Shown piece after piece: positions 11,106 to 24,056 of a DNA stretch of 64,000 nt. Origin of the DNA: Selaginella moellendorffii. Its lineage: Eukaryota; Plantae; Lycopodiophyta. The first letter of the stretch is position 1; the number at the start of each line of letters is the position of its first letter. The notes below the pieces were generated by a model that worked only from the letters and a program-made list of their open reading frames with translations, had not been told where the DNA came from and searched no databases. The stretch is taken from contig NW_003314335.1 in assembly GCF_000143415.4 (NCBI RefSeq), positions 117,982 through 181,981 on the forward strand, read 5' to 3'. The position numbers and the translations under genes are program-made.

Positions 11106-11514
11106 TGGAAAAGATTGGGCAACCCCTCAAATATCTTCTCTTTGCTATATTAAAGAGTTGTAAAGTTACAGATCATGATCGATCATCCAAAACCACAGAA
11201 AAAAAAAAGGAGTAAAAGTAACGGATCAATCGAACAACGACCAAAACCATAGAAAACAAAAAGTCAATAAGATGGTCAACAAAACACAGAAAAAAAAAAA
11301 AAACAGTTTTGCCTGTGGGGTTGGCTGGATCAAGCTGGCCGCCTATTTGAGAAACCGTGTTCTTATCTTACAGGTGGTGAAAAAGAGTCGGGTGGGTCGC
11401 ATTTCAGACCATGCACGTGAATTTCCTGGAACAGAGCGCGTCAACCCACGTCAAAACCCAAAAACCCTAAAAACGATACCTCTGGATATGCTCTCACGTT
11501 TGAATCTTTCACCT

Positions 11515-13839
11515 CTACTGGTGGTGAAAGTGGCAGAGGAGCTTGGAGCTCCTTGGCTCGCCCCGCTTGGAGTGGAGTGGCACAACGCGAATTCCTTGCT
11601 CCAGCTCCGGGACGGGGATGCAAGCTTGCCCCACGAAATCGTCTCTCCGCATTCGATCGTGCTCCCACACCTCGAATCGCAGCACGGCGATCTCCGGGAC
11701 TGGAAGAAACGAAACCAAACGATTCAAGGGAATGAAACCATCGGTCCAGAGCTTTACTTACCTGTTAGCGGGAACTCGAACACCTCGGTTTCCCAGTTTG
11801 GATGATGCGTCTTGTGCGCGACTTTGGTCCTCTTTTTCAGCTTGTCGGCCGCAACTCCATGCACCGCAACCTACACCCATGTTGAAAAAGAGTTTCCAGT
11901 ACTGGAAAGAGAGAGAAAGAAAAACTGCTCACCTTTACGTAGAAATCTGGTTTGGAGAAGAGATCGAATCGCTTGTGCCAGTCGGTGCCTGTCAAGACTC
12001 TCACCTGCATGTACAGCGACATGAAATCGGAGCTACTGGCCGGTTTTGCGAACCTTGAGTGTAGATTTGACGTTGCTGTCGTGTGGGACGTCGCTGAGAA
12101 AGCAGTCGGGTTTTTTGATGTAGCCGCAGCCTCCGTTTCCAAGGAAGAAACCTCGAGCAACCCAGCACGGACGGTCTTTTCCTTGCAAGTTTAACGCGGC
12201 CAACTGAAATCCATGACTCCAAGCAAGCATTGGATCCGCATTCGAGGAATCAAAGCGGAGGCCGAACGGGTACATTCGGCCCAAGTTGTTCTTTGTGTAC
12301 CTGAAAGTATGGAGTTAGAAAACTTGCAAAACAATATAAGAACACCAAACTGGATGAGAGAAAATGGATTCGAGAGCACTGATTTCTTTAGCTGGGGCTC
12401 GCTCATGTTGGCCATGATTGCAGTGCTGGTGGAGACAAGTTCGCCATTGACAGGAGCTTCCTTCATCTCCGACGGTTTGGCGCAGTAGATGTACAGCAAG
12501 TGCTGTAGCTCCGGGATTTTGGGAACTTCAGGATGTTCCTCGTGCAAACTGGCGGCAGCCATTGCTTCCGCAGCTTTCGTAACATTACGCTTGCCGCGAT
12601 GTTTTCTATCTTCTTCTTCATCCGATGAACTGCTTGAGAAGCTGCTCTCTGAGCCGCTGTGTCGATGATTTGGAGTAATAGCTTCCACAGCGCCCTCTGG
12701 ATCCCGGGCAACCTATTCCAAGGTAGGCGATATAAGATGCATTTGAAAAAATGCGAACTGAAGTTACCTGCTTGGCTAAATGCTCCTTTGGAGGCTTGTC
12801 CGAGATGATTATCTTTTTCCTGAGCTCCCAGGGTGACAGAAACTCTGTCGGGGGCGTCTCAGAAGCCGGTATATACAATGCATCGCCAACGAGCTCTCGA
12901 AGTATCTGCATTTATCCTATCCATTAGAATAATCACAGTGCAGAGCCAGAAAAGAAGAAGTAAAAGGAAATACTTGAGAGAAAAACAAAACACAAACTAT
13001 AAGCATTGAAGAAGCAGAAGAAAAAAAAAGTGGCTTGTCAGAGAAACCTTGGCCGCTTCCTGTTGTAAAGCCGGTGGCAAATGATTTTCAATAGTGACAA
13101 TCACTGGGTATTCCGACGCTACAAAAGCGTGCTCCTTTATAGACGCTACGCAGACATCGAATGGAACAGCCCTCGTCAGCGTGCTGCAACACGGCATTCA
13201 GAATTGCCTCGAGCAATCAATCAAAGGCATACCAAACTCATACCAAAAGCACAAAGCAAATCACACTTCCAGGAAAGAAAGAACGAAAGAAAAGAGTTTA
13301 CCCGCCATGGAAGACCATAACCTTGCCTTTGTGCTCCCAGCAGTCCAACTCGATGACACGGCAGCCATTTTGCAGCGCCAAGACAATGGGCGACGAGCAC
13401 GATTTGGAGGTGAGCTGGTTTCCTTTGAGGTACGAGTTGTGGCTTGTATGGATGTAATAATGTGAGAGTGGAGCAGTCATGTCGTGGCTTGGCTGCGAAT
13501 CAAATCACCTTGACTTTAGCATATACTGATAGAACGCAGGAAAAAAAAAGGAAGCTATGCTATGTAGGACGAAGTCTTTCTTACCTTCTTCGTGCCAAGC
13601 ATTGCAGCATTGAGTGCTGGATCGAGGAGAAATTTGTGGATGAAGCTCGTGAGATCCAGGCCCTGCGGCGCCAGCCTAGACATAATCTCGGACGCTGTGC
13701 TCTGGCTCAAGCTCGGGTCACAGCCTTGAAATCTCTCCAAGAAACGCGCCATTCCAGCGGCATTTATGACCGTGCCCCCGCCGGCAGCCTCATCAAACAT
13801 CTCCCTCACGAGCTCTGGCGGCTGGAGATTTCCCTTCAT
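11515..13839 (-). CDS. PLC: Phosphoinositide-specific phospholipase C (EF-X-Y-C2), multi-exon; start uncertain
   Basis: X box HNSYLKGNQL, CRVIELDCW, FHGGTLT; Y box RMYPFGLRFDSSN, QLAALNLQG, NGGCGYIKKP; C2 domain DDFVGQACIPVPELEQGIRVVPL. Confidence 0.93.
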
Positions 13840-14896
13840 TGTCCCTGCCGCTGGATTTCTCTCGTAATATCGCTCGATTGACTGCCGCGACGCGAATCAC
13901 ATTCGCTTTACCTGGAGGGAATCGCGACGCGCTCGCCGGCGCCGGCTAGGGCAACGCAGCCTCCGATCACTGTGAAACACGAGGACGTTGATCGATGGCG
14001 AGCTAGAAGAGGAAGAAAGAGGGATTAATCTATCCCGAGGAAGTAAAAGGGCAAAACCCTGGTGGCATATTCTACGAATATTACATGAACAGGGATATGC
14101 TATTTCGATGCCAGGAATATAAGATTACACACGTTCCAGTCTCTCCCTTTCACACTAATGGCGTTAGTGGCACCATAGTACAAGGCTGTCCTTACAAGCG
14201 CCTCTCTGGCTGGAGCAAACAAGGCCTTCTCCTTCTAGGGCTCCTCTCTTCGACTCCAGCGTTTAGGGCTCGCAGATCCCAGCTCCTGGCGATGGCGACG
14301 CAATGCCGCGGCGATCAATGCGGCAGGCGCTGGAGCGCGCGCCTCTCTCCGGCAGTGTGCTCCAGCAGCAGGGGTGTGAGATCACGATGATCGGCAGCAC
14401 AGTGGAAAAGAACAAGCGGCCAGCGGAGGAATCACAGGGTGCGGGGTGCCACGCATTGATTTCCAGCGGTGCGCGGTACTAGTAGGTCCTGCATTGATGC
14501 GCGGCTCGCTTCTTTCGTTCCATTCATGAGATAGCGGTGCGGGGGAGTGACAAAAGCTCTCTCGAGGTGAGATCCATATCCTGGTTTCTACGGGTTCTCT
14601 TTTCTTTTGCTTTGTTTTTTCAACGTAGCTAGAGAGAATAGGCACTAGTCCAGTGGTGTGATCTTTGTTTCATAGTTCTTTTTTTTTTTCCAGGCTCGAG
14701 TTTTTTGCATACTAGGTACTGGTGGTCCGGATAAAAGTCAAAGGGGACTTTTACGAGCTGAGATCACAAAAGCAGGAAGAAAGAGGACTTGTCCATCCTT
14801 TCGAATCGATTCCATGGCTGGATACTTCTACTACTGCTAAGGTGCTGGTTTTCTTCTTCGATCTATAGGATTTGCTGCTGCTGCTTCTCGCTAGCA

Positions 14897-16575
14897 ATGG
14901 GATCCTGCTTGTCCAGCGAGAGAGGAGCGCAGCAGAATGGTGCTCCTAGTAGATCTTCCCGGAAGACCTTGAAGAGGGAAGCAAAAGAAGTTCTTGCTGT
15001 AGAGGCCAAGAACGATCAGCAGCTGGCTTGTTTCCCGGGAAGATTGTGTACAAACGGATCAAGTAATTCGTGCTGCCTCTTCTCGCAGCAAGGGAGGAAG
15101 GGGGTGAACCAAGATGCCATGATCGCTTGGGAGGTAAGATCGTCTAGCTTGTTTTGCTCTGTGATCCTTGAGTGTTCTAACTTTGAGTGTTTCCTTGGCA
15201 GAGCTTTGCTTCAAGAGAGGACACCGCATTTTGTGGTGTCTTTGACGGGCATGGACCGTATGGGCATCTAGTGGCTCGCAGAGTCCGCGATTCACTTCCA
15301 CTCAAGCTGGTTCTTAACTGGCAAGAGTCCGAATGTGCGAAGAACGACGAGATCAAGATCCCGTCGAAGAGAAACGACGAAGAAGGTGATGAAGCCGCTG
15401 CTGAGTACGATTTGTTCTGCACCTGGAAGGATTTGCACTTGAAGGCATTCAAAGTTATGGACCGTGAGCTTCAAGTTCATCCATCCATCGACTGCTTCTG
15501 TAGCGGGACGACAGCTGTGACTGTGCTCAAACAGGTGCGCAATGCCCGTTTTTTAGTGCTCGAACAAGTGAAGAAAACAATGGTTTTTATTTCAGGGCCA
15601 GGATCTCTTCATTGGAAATGTTGGAGACTCGCGAGCCATTCTAGGAACTACTGCTGAGGACGGCTCCTTCTCAGCAGTGCCTTTGACAGTGGATCTGAAG
15701 CCGAATCTTCCCAGTAAGTTGTCTCGATCGATATCACCTTTACTTTTGCCAAGATTCTGCTCAAGCGTCAACTTTGACTTGTTCTATCAGAGGAGGCCGA
15801 GAGAATCCGTCAATGCAAAGGTCGAGTTTTTGCTCTCCATGACGAGCCGGAAGTTCATCGGGTGTGGCTGCCGCACGAGAACTCTCCTGGCCTCGCAATG
15901 GCCAGAGCGTTTGGAGACTTTTGCTTGAAAGACTTCGGCGTGATCGCTGTTCCAGAGGTATACTACCGCCGACTGAGTGACCGAGACAAATTCGTTGTGC
16001 TAGCGACAGACGGGGTAAGCGCAGTGATAGTAGTGATTATTATCACTTACTGTGCTTTCTTTTTCTTCCTTCGCCAACAGGTGTGGGATGTTCTTAGCAA
16101 CGAGGAAGTCGTCAACATCATATCTTCACACCCGACAAGAAGCACTGCAGCGAGGACTCTTGTAGAGGCGGCCGTCCACGCGTGGATGCTCAAGTATCCA
16201 ACCTCCAAGATCGACGACTGTGCGGCGGTGTGTCTGTTCTTGGACACCGTCACGGTTTCTCAGGCCTCGAATGGAGACAACGAGAACAAGACGATATCAA
16301 CAGCAAGTCTTAGCTCAGCTCGCAGCTTTGCCGGCATCACAGTGTCAAAAGGCTCCAGTGACGAAGAAGGATCAAAAGAAGCTCCAGCAGTGGCAGCAGT
16401 GACAGGAGACGAGAAAGATTCAAGAGACGATGCGACGAGTAAAACCGGCGAGGAAGAGTCATCCAAGTCGGAGTGGTCGGCTCTTGAAGGCATCACCAGG
16501 GTGAACTCGCTGCTAAGTTTGCCGAGGTTTTTGCTGGGGGACAAGAGGCTCGGTGGCTCCAAGAGGAGGCGTTGA
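14897..16575 (+). CDS. PP2C: Protein phosphatase 2C (clade E-like, MGSC N-terminus), multi-exon
   Basis: QGRKGVNQD, FCGVFDGHG, SGTTAV, GNVGDSRA, GLAMARAFGD, LATDGVWD, DDCAAVCL and C-terminal WSALEGITRVNSL. Confidence 0.95.
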
Positions 16576-16781
16576 AGAAAGTAGCAGGGGATCAAAGAGA
16601 CCATTCCTATAATCTTGGAGCTTCAATCCAAGCACAGGATTATGCGATATGGTGCTTGGAAATGGGAACAAATTTGAATTAAGGTTATATTATTCTATTA
16701 AGCGGTTAAGTTATGCAAGTTCGAATCCTGTTATCCATATCTTTGAAACTTGATTAGATGCTAAGTTAAACTAATGCTAAT

Positions 16782-16862
16782 GTGGATGTGCCAGAGTGGT
16801 TATCGGGCATGACTAGAAATCATGTGGGCTTGCCCGCGCAGGTTCGAATCCTGCCGTCCACG
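16782..16862 (+). tRNA. trnS-AGA: tRNA-Ser(AGA)
   Basis: GTGGATG...CGTCCAC acceptor, anticodon AGA at 16815-16817, long variable arm, GTTCGAATCC, immediate TTTT terminator. Confidence 0.92.
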
Positions 16863-17126
16863 TTTTCACCCTCGTTTTAGCACTGCTTGAGCGTTTGGAC
16901 TGATAGCTCAAAGAAAGTGATAGCTCTTTGATCGATCTTTTCTTTTTGATCCATTTTGGTAGTCCTGAAAAGAACACGCGTTGCGAATGGATCAATCATA
17001 GCGTCAATAATCTGCTGTACATTTTCTTTGATCTTTTCTTTTGATCTGTCCCATTTATCGCTCTCGTGCCTTCGCCGTGACTAATTGATGTTTTTCCCTG
17101 AAGAACACACTCCTTTCAACGAACCT

Positions 17127-17129
17127 TGT

Positions 17130-17178
<49 letters not shown>
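17127..17178. repeat. Compound (TG)n(AG)n microsatellite
   Basis: Direct reading of the sequence. Confidence 0.95.
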
Positions 17179-17183
17179 GAATC

Positions 17184-18116
17184 TTTAGTTTAGCTTCAGC
17201 TAGCTTCTCAGATGCTTTCTCAGGATTTTTCCTGCCGGTGACTTGGATATGGAGTCCACGAAGTAAACTTTGTGGATTTTCTTGTAGAAGACAACCTATA
17301 TGGCAGCCTTAAGTTCCCATTTAAAGAGAGGGCTGGCTGAGTGTTATGCTCCATTTAACGCCGCACTGCTGCGATCACTGCTTGCGATGGGAATGGAAAA
17401 GAAGAGAAGAGATTGGAAACTTGCCTGTTGTGATACGAACAGCTTGAGCTCCTCTTTCGATACTTTAAAACCATTTGCAATCACCACGAATGCTACTGGC
17501 AGTTCTCCGGCGGGTTCATTCTTTGTCCTGCAAGAAAAATTTAGATTTTGGGTTGTTGATCAAGCTCCAGCATTCGTGGAGGAAGAGTTTAAAGATTGGC
17601 TACTTACGGGATCACTGCGGCATCAGCAACGCATGGATGCGATGCTTCAACCTACCTACAAAATACGAGCTTGTAAGAAAAAGAATAGAAAGAACTTGCA
17701 AGTCTCTGGATTCAAAGAACAAACCAACTTTGAATTTGATGATCTCCTTGACACGATCACCAGGAAAATCTCGTCATTGTCATCGATGTATCCAACGTCT
17801 CCGTGAAGCCAGCCCTCCTTGTCAATCGTACAGTTGCCTCTGGAATACCCTGCGCCCTCGCGATTCTTACGCCGCGGAGCGCAGATATTTCAATCATGTT
17901 CTCGTGCCTCCCCGGAATACTGAATACAGTGAATCTTAGAACACCAAAAAAAAGAAAGAAGAAAATCACAAAGAAGAAGGTGATTTTCCACCTTTCATGA
18001 TCTGGGCTCCTTGATTCTCCATCTTGGTTGTGTGGAAGTGACACTCCCGTCTCGGGATCCACCACAAGAGTTTACTCCATCTTGGGGCAGTGGCGTGAAG
18101 ATCACCACGTCCGACT
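17184..18116 (-). pseudogene. 4CL-psi: 4CL pseudogene fragment (3' exons plus remnants of exons 1-2)
   Basis: Colinear with the intact 4CL at 46549-48230, but with many internal deletions. No complete exon 1. Confidence 0.88.
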
Positions 18117-18294
18117 CCCATGATTTAAGTAAGGTTATTTAGTCCCCAGCGCTGTTATACTAAACCCAGTCTAGGGTTCTTGAAGCTCAAGGACGAAGCC
18201 GCTGGTCGGCAATTCGAGGTCTTTTACCTTTTGTTCTTCAATCCGCATTTGATGTTGTGCAGGGACTAAGCGAGGGGCCAAATCCAGGTCTTTA

Positions 18295-20719
18295 ATGGAG
18301 GAGAAGAAGAAGAAGAAGGAGGTGGTGGTAGGGGCCAAGACAGGACAGGATGGAGTGGAGAGTGGTCAAAAGGACAAGTTTGCAGACGTTGGAGCACTAA
18401 AGACAGAACCAAAGACGAAGAGGCGCTCCTCTGGGGCCAAGGCAGGACAGGATTCGGAGGAAGCAGAGCCGACTGTGGTCGACGAGGACCGTCGAAAGGA
18501 CAAGTCTGCAGTCGTCGAAGATGAGGGAGGAGCACCGAAGACAGCAAAGAAGAAGAGGCGCAAGACATCCTCGGGGGCTCAGGATTCGGCGGATGCAGAG
18601 CCGATTGTGCTCGAGGAGCACTATCAAAAGGACAAGTCTGCTGTGGTGCCAGATGGAGGATCACCCAAGACGACAGATAAAAAGAAGAAGCGTAAGAAAT
18701 CTCAGGAGCCTGAATCGTCGGGAAGGAAGATAGGTGTTATTATTGCGGAGGAGGAGCAGGAACCAGAAACCTTATCCTGGCTTTACGAGAAAATAGAGGA
18801 TCCGAATCAGTTCTTCCACAAGTTATTGCCACCGTCAAGTGCACAGCAAGTTGTGCGGGCACTTGAAGATGTGTCACCTTCTTATTATCTCCAGCGCCTG
18901 GAAGATTTTCAATCCCTCTCGCCGGACATGCTTCCAATCCTCCAAACAGGTACGAAACTGTTCACAAATCTTTAGCCATTAAACAATTTGTTCGTTTGTT
19001 TCGTCAGTTCGTCACATCGGCGAACATGTTCGCCTCATCTCGATGGCATGGCAGCGGCACAAGAAAATCGTGCAGCGATTCAGCAACTTAAACAAGGAGG
19101 AGGCTTTGATCCAGCTCTGCGATCCATCGCGCTCGAATAAGCTAGAGCTTCCGAGCTTCTCAGCCACCAAGTTCTCTCCACCACTGTCCTTCGATTTCGT
19201 TGGCCGTTCAAAGCTCCGCCCACTACTCCAACGAATCAAAGTTAAAAGTGATATCCACTTCCGAGGCCATCCGGGTAGAGGCAAGTCGTATGTTTTGGCA
19301 GCCCTGGCGAGCTATCTTCACACTTACGAGCAAGAATGCGGGGTGGTCGTTTATATCCTTTTGTCACGGCTGGTTCAGACGGAGCAGAAGCTGACGTATG
19401 TTTTGCAAGCATTGCTTCTGGGCTTTGCTCGACACGGGGAAAAACAACTGGAGATTCTGGCCTGCGACAGCATGGAAAAGCTCGAAGAGTTCTGCGAGAA
19501 GGAAAGGCCTTTGTTTCTAATCGATGAGGGAAATGCTCTGGACGTGGACAAGAAAAGGACCTTGTCGAGTGAAGAGGATCGTCGCGTTACGAAAAAATAT
19601 TTAAGCTGGATTGTCAACAGAGCGGTCTGGTGCACAACGTTCAAGTCTGAGTTCATGCCAACGAATATTGGGTTTTTTCCTCCATTCAATCAGCCATTCG
19701 ATGACAAAGAGTTCGCTTCCTGGCTATCCGGCTATAACTTCAAAGAACTGGACATCAACGATCTCCTATTCTACACTGGTCTCATACCTCGACTCCTGGC
19801 CGAGTTTGTTGGCAAAGGTGATGCACCTGAGGAAGTGCTTTACAGAAGGGACTTGTATATTGCAGACATGAGTCGGGTGTTCCAGTATTTTGTCGAGCGT
19901 ATGACTATGGAGGAGGCCGACGCTGTTGAGAAAGTTTTGGACCTGAGTTTGGAGGAGATTGGAAGTCTAAAGCTCCCTCCTGATATCTTCTTCGAGCGGA
20001 CCTTTGGCAGCAAGACAGTCGTCTCAGTCCTTCCTTTTCTGGAGAATCGCCTACGGATCTTGATGGCCGAAAAGCGGAGGCAAGCGGGCCGTGAGAAAGA
20101 CATACAGGAGTTCGAGATGCAATTGTTGAGGAGCAGGAGACTTATGAAGATGGATTCGGATCGTCAGCCGAACTCGTCCCTCAACGCTTGGCTGGCGGCA
20201 GGCCTTGTTCGAGAGTACATTCGTCTGAAGAATAAGTTCCTGACCTGGAAATTTGATACTTTCGAAGTTTACGAGGAAGGCTTGGAAGGGATAGCACTGG
20301 AGCAGGTGTCGATTGACCGTCTGAGAAAGGGAGTGTGCTTCGTCACTGCAAGTAGTTTTGACATCGTGATCGCCATTATGGCCGCTGACGAGAAATCCCT
20401 GGACATCCACCCCGTGCAGATAAGCGTTTCAAGCTGGAATATGAAGAAAGTCATGGATTCGTACAACGTGTGGAGCGGGGAGACGATGAAGGAATGGTCC
20501 CATCCATCCTGTACCACAAGGAGTCTAGACTTTACATATGTTCTCACCAACACTGAAGGAGCCAACGTGGATAAGGTAAATCTCATTCTCTTGTGTGAAC
20601 TATTGATGGAATTTGGTGTTGTGGGAGATGAATAGGTGACGTTGAAGACATTTGCAGACGTTGGCAAGTGTTTAGCCTTCATCGACAAACTAGTTATTCC
20701 CCAGTGGAAGCCTTGTTAG
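18295..20719 (+). CDS. Crinkler/CR-effector-like protein: Lys/Glu-rich repeats + P-loop NTPase + C-terminal PD-(D/E)xK-like nuclease
   Basis: The 226-aa and 530-aa ORFs join in frame via GT-AG intron 18950-19007; a probable last intron gives a stop at 20717-20719. Walker A GHPGRGKS, Walker B LFLIDE, TGLIPRLL helical motif, C-terminal FD...VQISVS. Confidence 0.68.
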
Positions 20720-21864
20720 TGTCTTTAGTGTGTGGTTTTTTTGTGTGCGAGTCTGGAAGAATTTTTATTGCAATGAACACTTGGACCGACCCATGGCTTT
20801 ACATTTCGTTTTCCTCGTTTTTCAGACGTTCCTGAGGAATGCTGGTTTGATTTCAAACCAATGTTGGTCTGGCAACTTAACTGTTAATTTAAAATAGAGC
20901 AAAAGGGTATAAAGTGAAAGAGTAGAGTTGAAGTTACTACATGTGAACAAGAAGCTTGCTGGCCTAGAGCAGGGTGTTGAGATTGACTTGGCAGTTCAGC
21001 TTTCCTCTTCAAGCAAACCTTAACTTGTATTGTTGAATAAGACATAATATTTGTGAACTTGCATTCTCCTTTTTTATATGGTCAAGCAAGCTTTCAAGCA
21101 TGCATAAGAGATTTGTTAAATTCCTATCTAAAACTATAGAGAATAGTAGTTTGACAAAAAATTGTGCAAACTTGTAAAATACATGAAAGAAAGACATATG
21201 TGTGTTTAAATTGTTGTAACACACATATGTAACTCACAAAATAATATTTTAAACATTATTATTCTTTTTACATAAGTATGCATTGGTACTCATCATGTAT
21301 ACATGACAAAGTTTAAGTTAATGCTATGCATATGATTTTTTCCATTGTAAATTTCAAGTTTATGTCAGTTTTTTTAATACGTTAATAGAATTTAGACTTT
21401 GGGTTGTAAACATAACATTTTTCAGCATATGAGTTGAATTTTAAGTAGTTTTTGAATGTTGTAAATTGAGTTTATTTTTATATACTTAGGACACTCTCCT
21501 TAGTGAGTATAATAGAAAGCATTTTACAAGTGAGTGGTTTTGAAATAAATAAGTTATTGAATGGGTGAGTGTTAAATTAAAAAAACGTTGTAAAATGAAA
21601 TTTTTTGCAAATAAATCATGACAACACTAAAAATTTATACATGTGATTAGGACTATGAGAAATTGATCAAGCTAATGCCTTAATGTAGATACAAAAAGAT
21701 TCATTTACTAAAAAAACCATTACGCTTTATACTTTAAATATATAAAAAAAAATTTACTTTTCACATACCATAAGAAATAAAAGGGATTTGAGATTGCTAT
21801 TTAACTTAATTTTTTAATAAAGCCACGAAGCTTAGGGCTTCAACGTTTAGGGCTTCATTTTGGT

Positions 21865-24056
21865 ATGGTGGTGGTGAGTTGGGAGGCTGTAGTGGATAGG
21901 CTGCATATTTTCTCTCCGACAGAGAAGCGCCAGATCAAGGAAAATGTCGAAGCAGCTGGGGATGTGGAACAGGCTGAAGACGCTGTCGCAATCACCGGTG
22001 GTCATGCAGAGAAGCTGATGGATTTCTTCAAGTGGTACGTCTATCCACTAGATGACCCAGGTGTTCCAAAGTTCCTGGAGGATTTAGACAAACGGTTCAT
22101 CCAGTACAACGGCAGGAGAACCGCAGTCAAGACGCAGGAGTTGCAAATGGTGTCCAGGCAGCAGGTGCAATTGGCTGCCCAATACAAGAATTGGGATCTG
22201 TCGAATCTCTTGATCTGGCTCCCCCCTATGGACAACAAGTCTAGCCTCGGCCGGGTAAACTCAACAAGGGTGGAGAGGAAGCAGCTGGAACGCAGCGAGG
22301 AATTCGACCGCATGGGCCTTCCTGATCTTCCTTTCTCTCGTCTCTTTGCCGAGAACAAGGAAACTTTTGTAAGAGATTTGAGAGCGGTGGGGGTATTGGT
22401 GCAGCGAGTAACCAACGAGATGGATGACGACCTGAAGGAGGACTCATACGCGCGACAGGTCCGCTTTCTCCTCAGCTACGCCAAGGCAATTGCACGCGCA
22501 CGGAATGTGCCCATACAAATCACAGTGGTGGCAGGCGAAACAAGATTGTCGCTTAGTCAGTATTACAGAATCCCGGATGGATTTTTCCGTATAGGTGCCA
22601 GATCGAACGCCGTGGAGCAGAAGACTGAGAACTCACGATCTCTTTTGGAACTAGAGGAGGCTCGAGGGCAGCTGGTAGTCGCAGGCAATTTCCTGTTTTT
22701 GGAGCGAAGCAAGTATCACGGAGTTGAGGGAAGGAGCGAGATGTACGGTTTCGTTGGGACTGGACTCAGGGTGCAGTGTGTGTATCAAGCACACGAGTAC
22801 GACAGGAGACCTCAGACAGTAGACGGACCTTTGCTTCCGTTGGCGGACGGGGACTACTCTCCTGGCAATCTTTTTACCATCAACATGGACATGCCCGCCG
22901 TCCAGTGGATAGGGGCAACCCTTGACAGGCAAATATTGGAAGAAGGGGGACTCAGAGCTGTTTCCAGGGATCCTTTTTCTCGTCACAATCTCGAGCTGAA
23001 AGCCAGCAGCGGCTACTATGTAGGCGAACAGTTTTTAGAAATTCCAGTGCAAAGCCGAATGGATGACAAGATGACGGTTGCCGTGATAGGAACTGCACTA
23101 CACACAGAGACTAGTCTGGTTTTCAGAGTTTCATGGCGAGGCCAGGACTGGTGGCTGAAGGTTGGGCCAGACGTGCAACGCCGGGCGGAGGCGCTCCAGA
23201 CATTAGAGCAGGAGTGGATGTGGGAGAGATGGTTTCAGACGGAGCGAGATATGTTTTTCAGAGCTCAACTCGGAGAGACAGGTTCTTTTCCGGTGATGGT
23301 GGAGGGTCAAGGCTTGCAAAACAGGCCAGCGATGCTTGTCAAGGATGTGGGGGAGCCGCTGGAAAGACTTCTGTTCTCCTCCTCCATGACTCCCCCACAA
23401 GTTTACGAGATGAGCAAGCAGCTTTATGAAGTGCTGCAATGCTGCGCTTCAAAGGGTGTTTACCACGGGGATGTTTCTCTACAGAACATCTGCTGGAGGG
23501 ATGGCACCTACAGCTTGATAGACTGGGGCCTCGCATACGGCTCGGCATTTCTAACGTTCGTTGAAGCAGTTGACAGTGCATGGCCTTCTCTTCATGTCAA
23601 GACTGCAATCCCTGGGATTCCGAACTGGGAGTTGTCTTCCAACTGGTACTTCCTGGGTATGAGGCCGCAGGATGGCGTCAGCGACTTGGAGAGCCTGCTC
23701 TTTTGCTGCCTGAAAATTCTCAACGAGAATTCGCTGCCGTGGACCAAGGCTTCGGAGAGCGGCAGCGAGGACGAGGTTCTCGAACTCAGGCGAAAGTACC
23801 TGCCGGTCTTGGTGGCAAAAAACAGTGGTCACCTCTTCGAGCCTTTGCTTGCGCACCTCAAACGGTATGGATGGTTTTCTTTTGTCTCTGCTCTCACTAA
23901 TTACGTGCTGGCAGGGCTGGGCATCCCTTGATCACAGATAACACACTCAACTTGTCTCTTCACACTAAAGTGGATGATCTTCAGTGCACATCTTCATCCT
24001 CGGCTTCTCTTCTGCCGAAAGTACCAGATTCAATGGTACCTGTTTGGAGTTTATAG
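21865..24056 (+). CDS. CR-effector-like protein: REase-fold domain + FunK1/CR-type protein kinase
   Basis: 688-aa ORF (stop 23931 unspliced; a possible 50-nt intron near 23865 would extend it to 24056). IPDGFF...VEQK nuclease-like motif; kinase WLKV, HGDVSLQNI, LIDWGLA, DLESLLF. Confidence 0.72.

Noticed and set aside
14085-14700. GC-rich segment upstream of PP2C as a miRNA or ncRNA
   Set aside because: No convincing long hairpin or recognisable mature miRNA; better explained as promoter/5' UTR with an intron.
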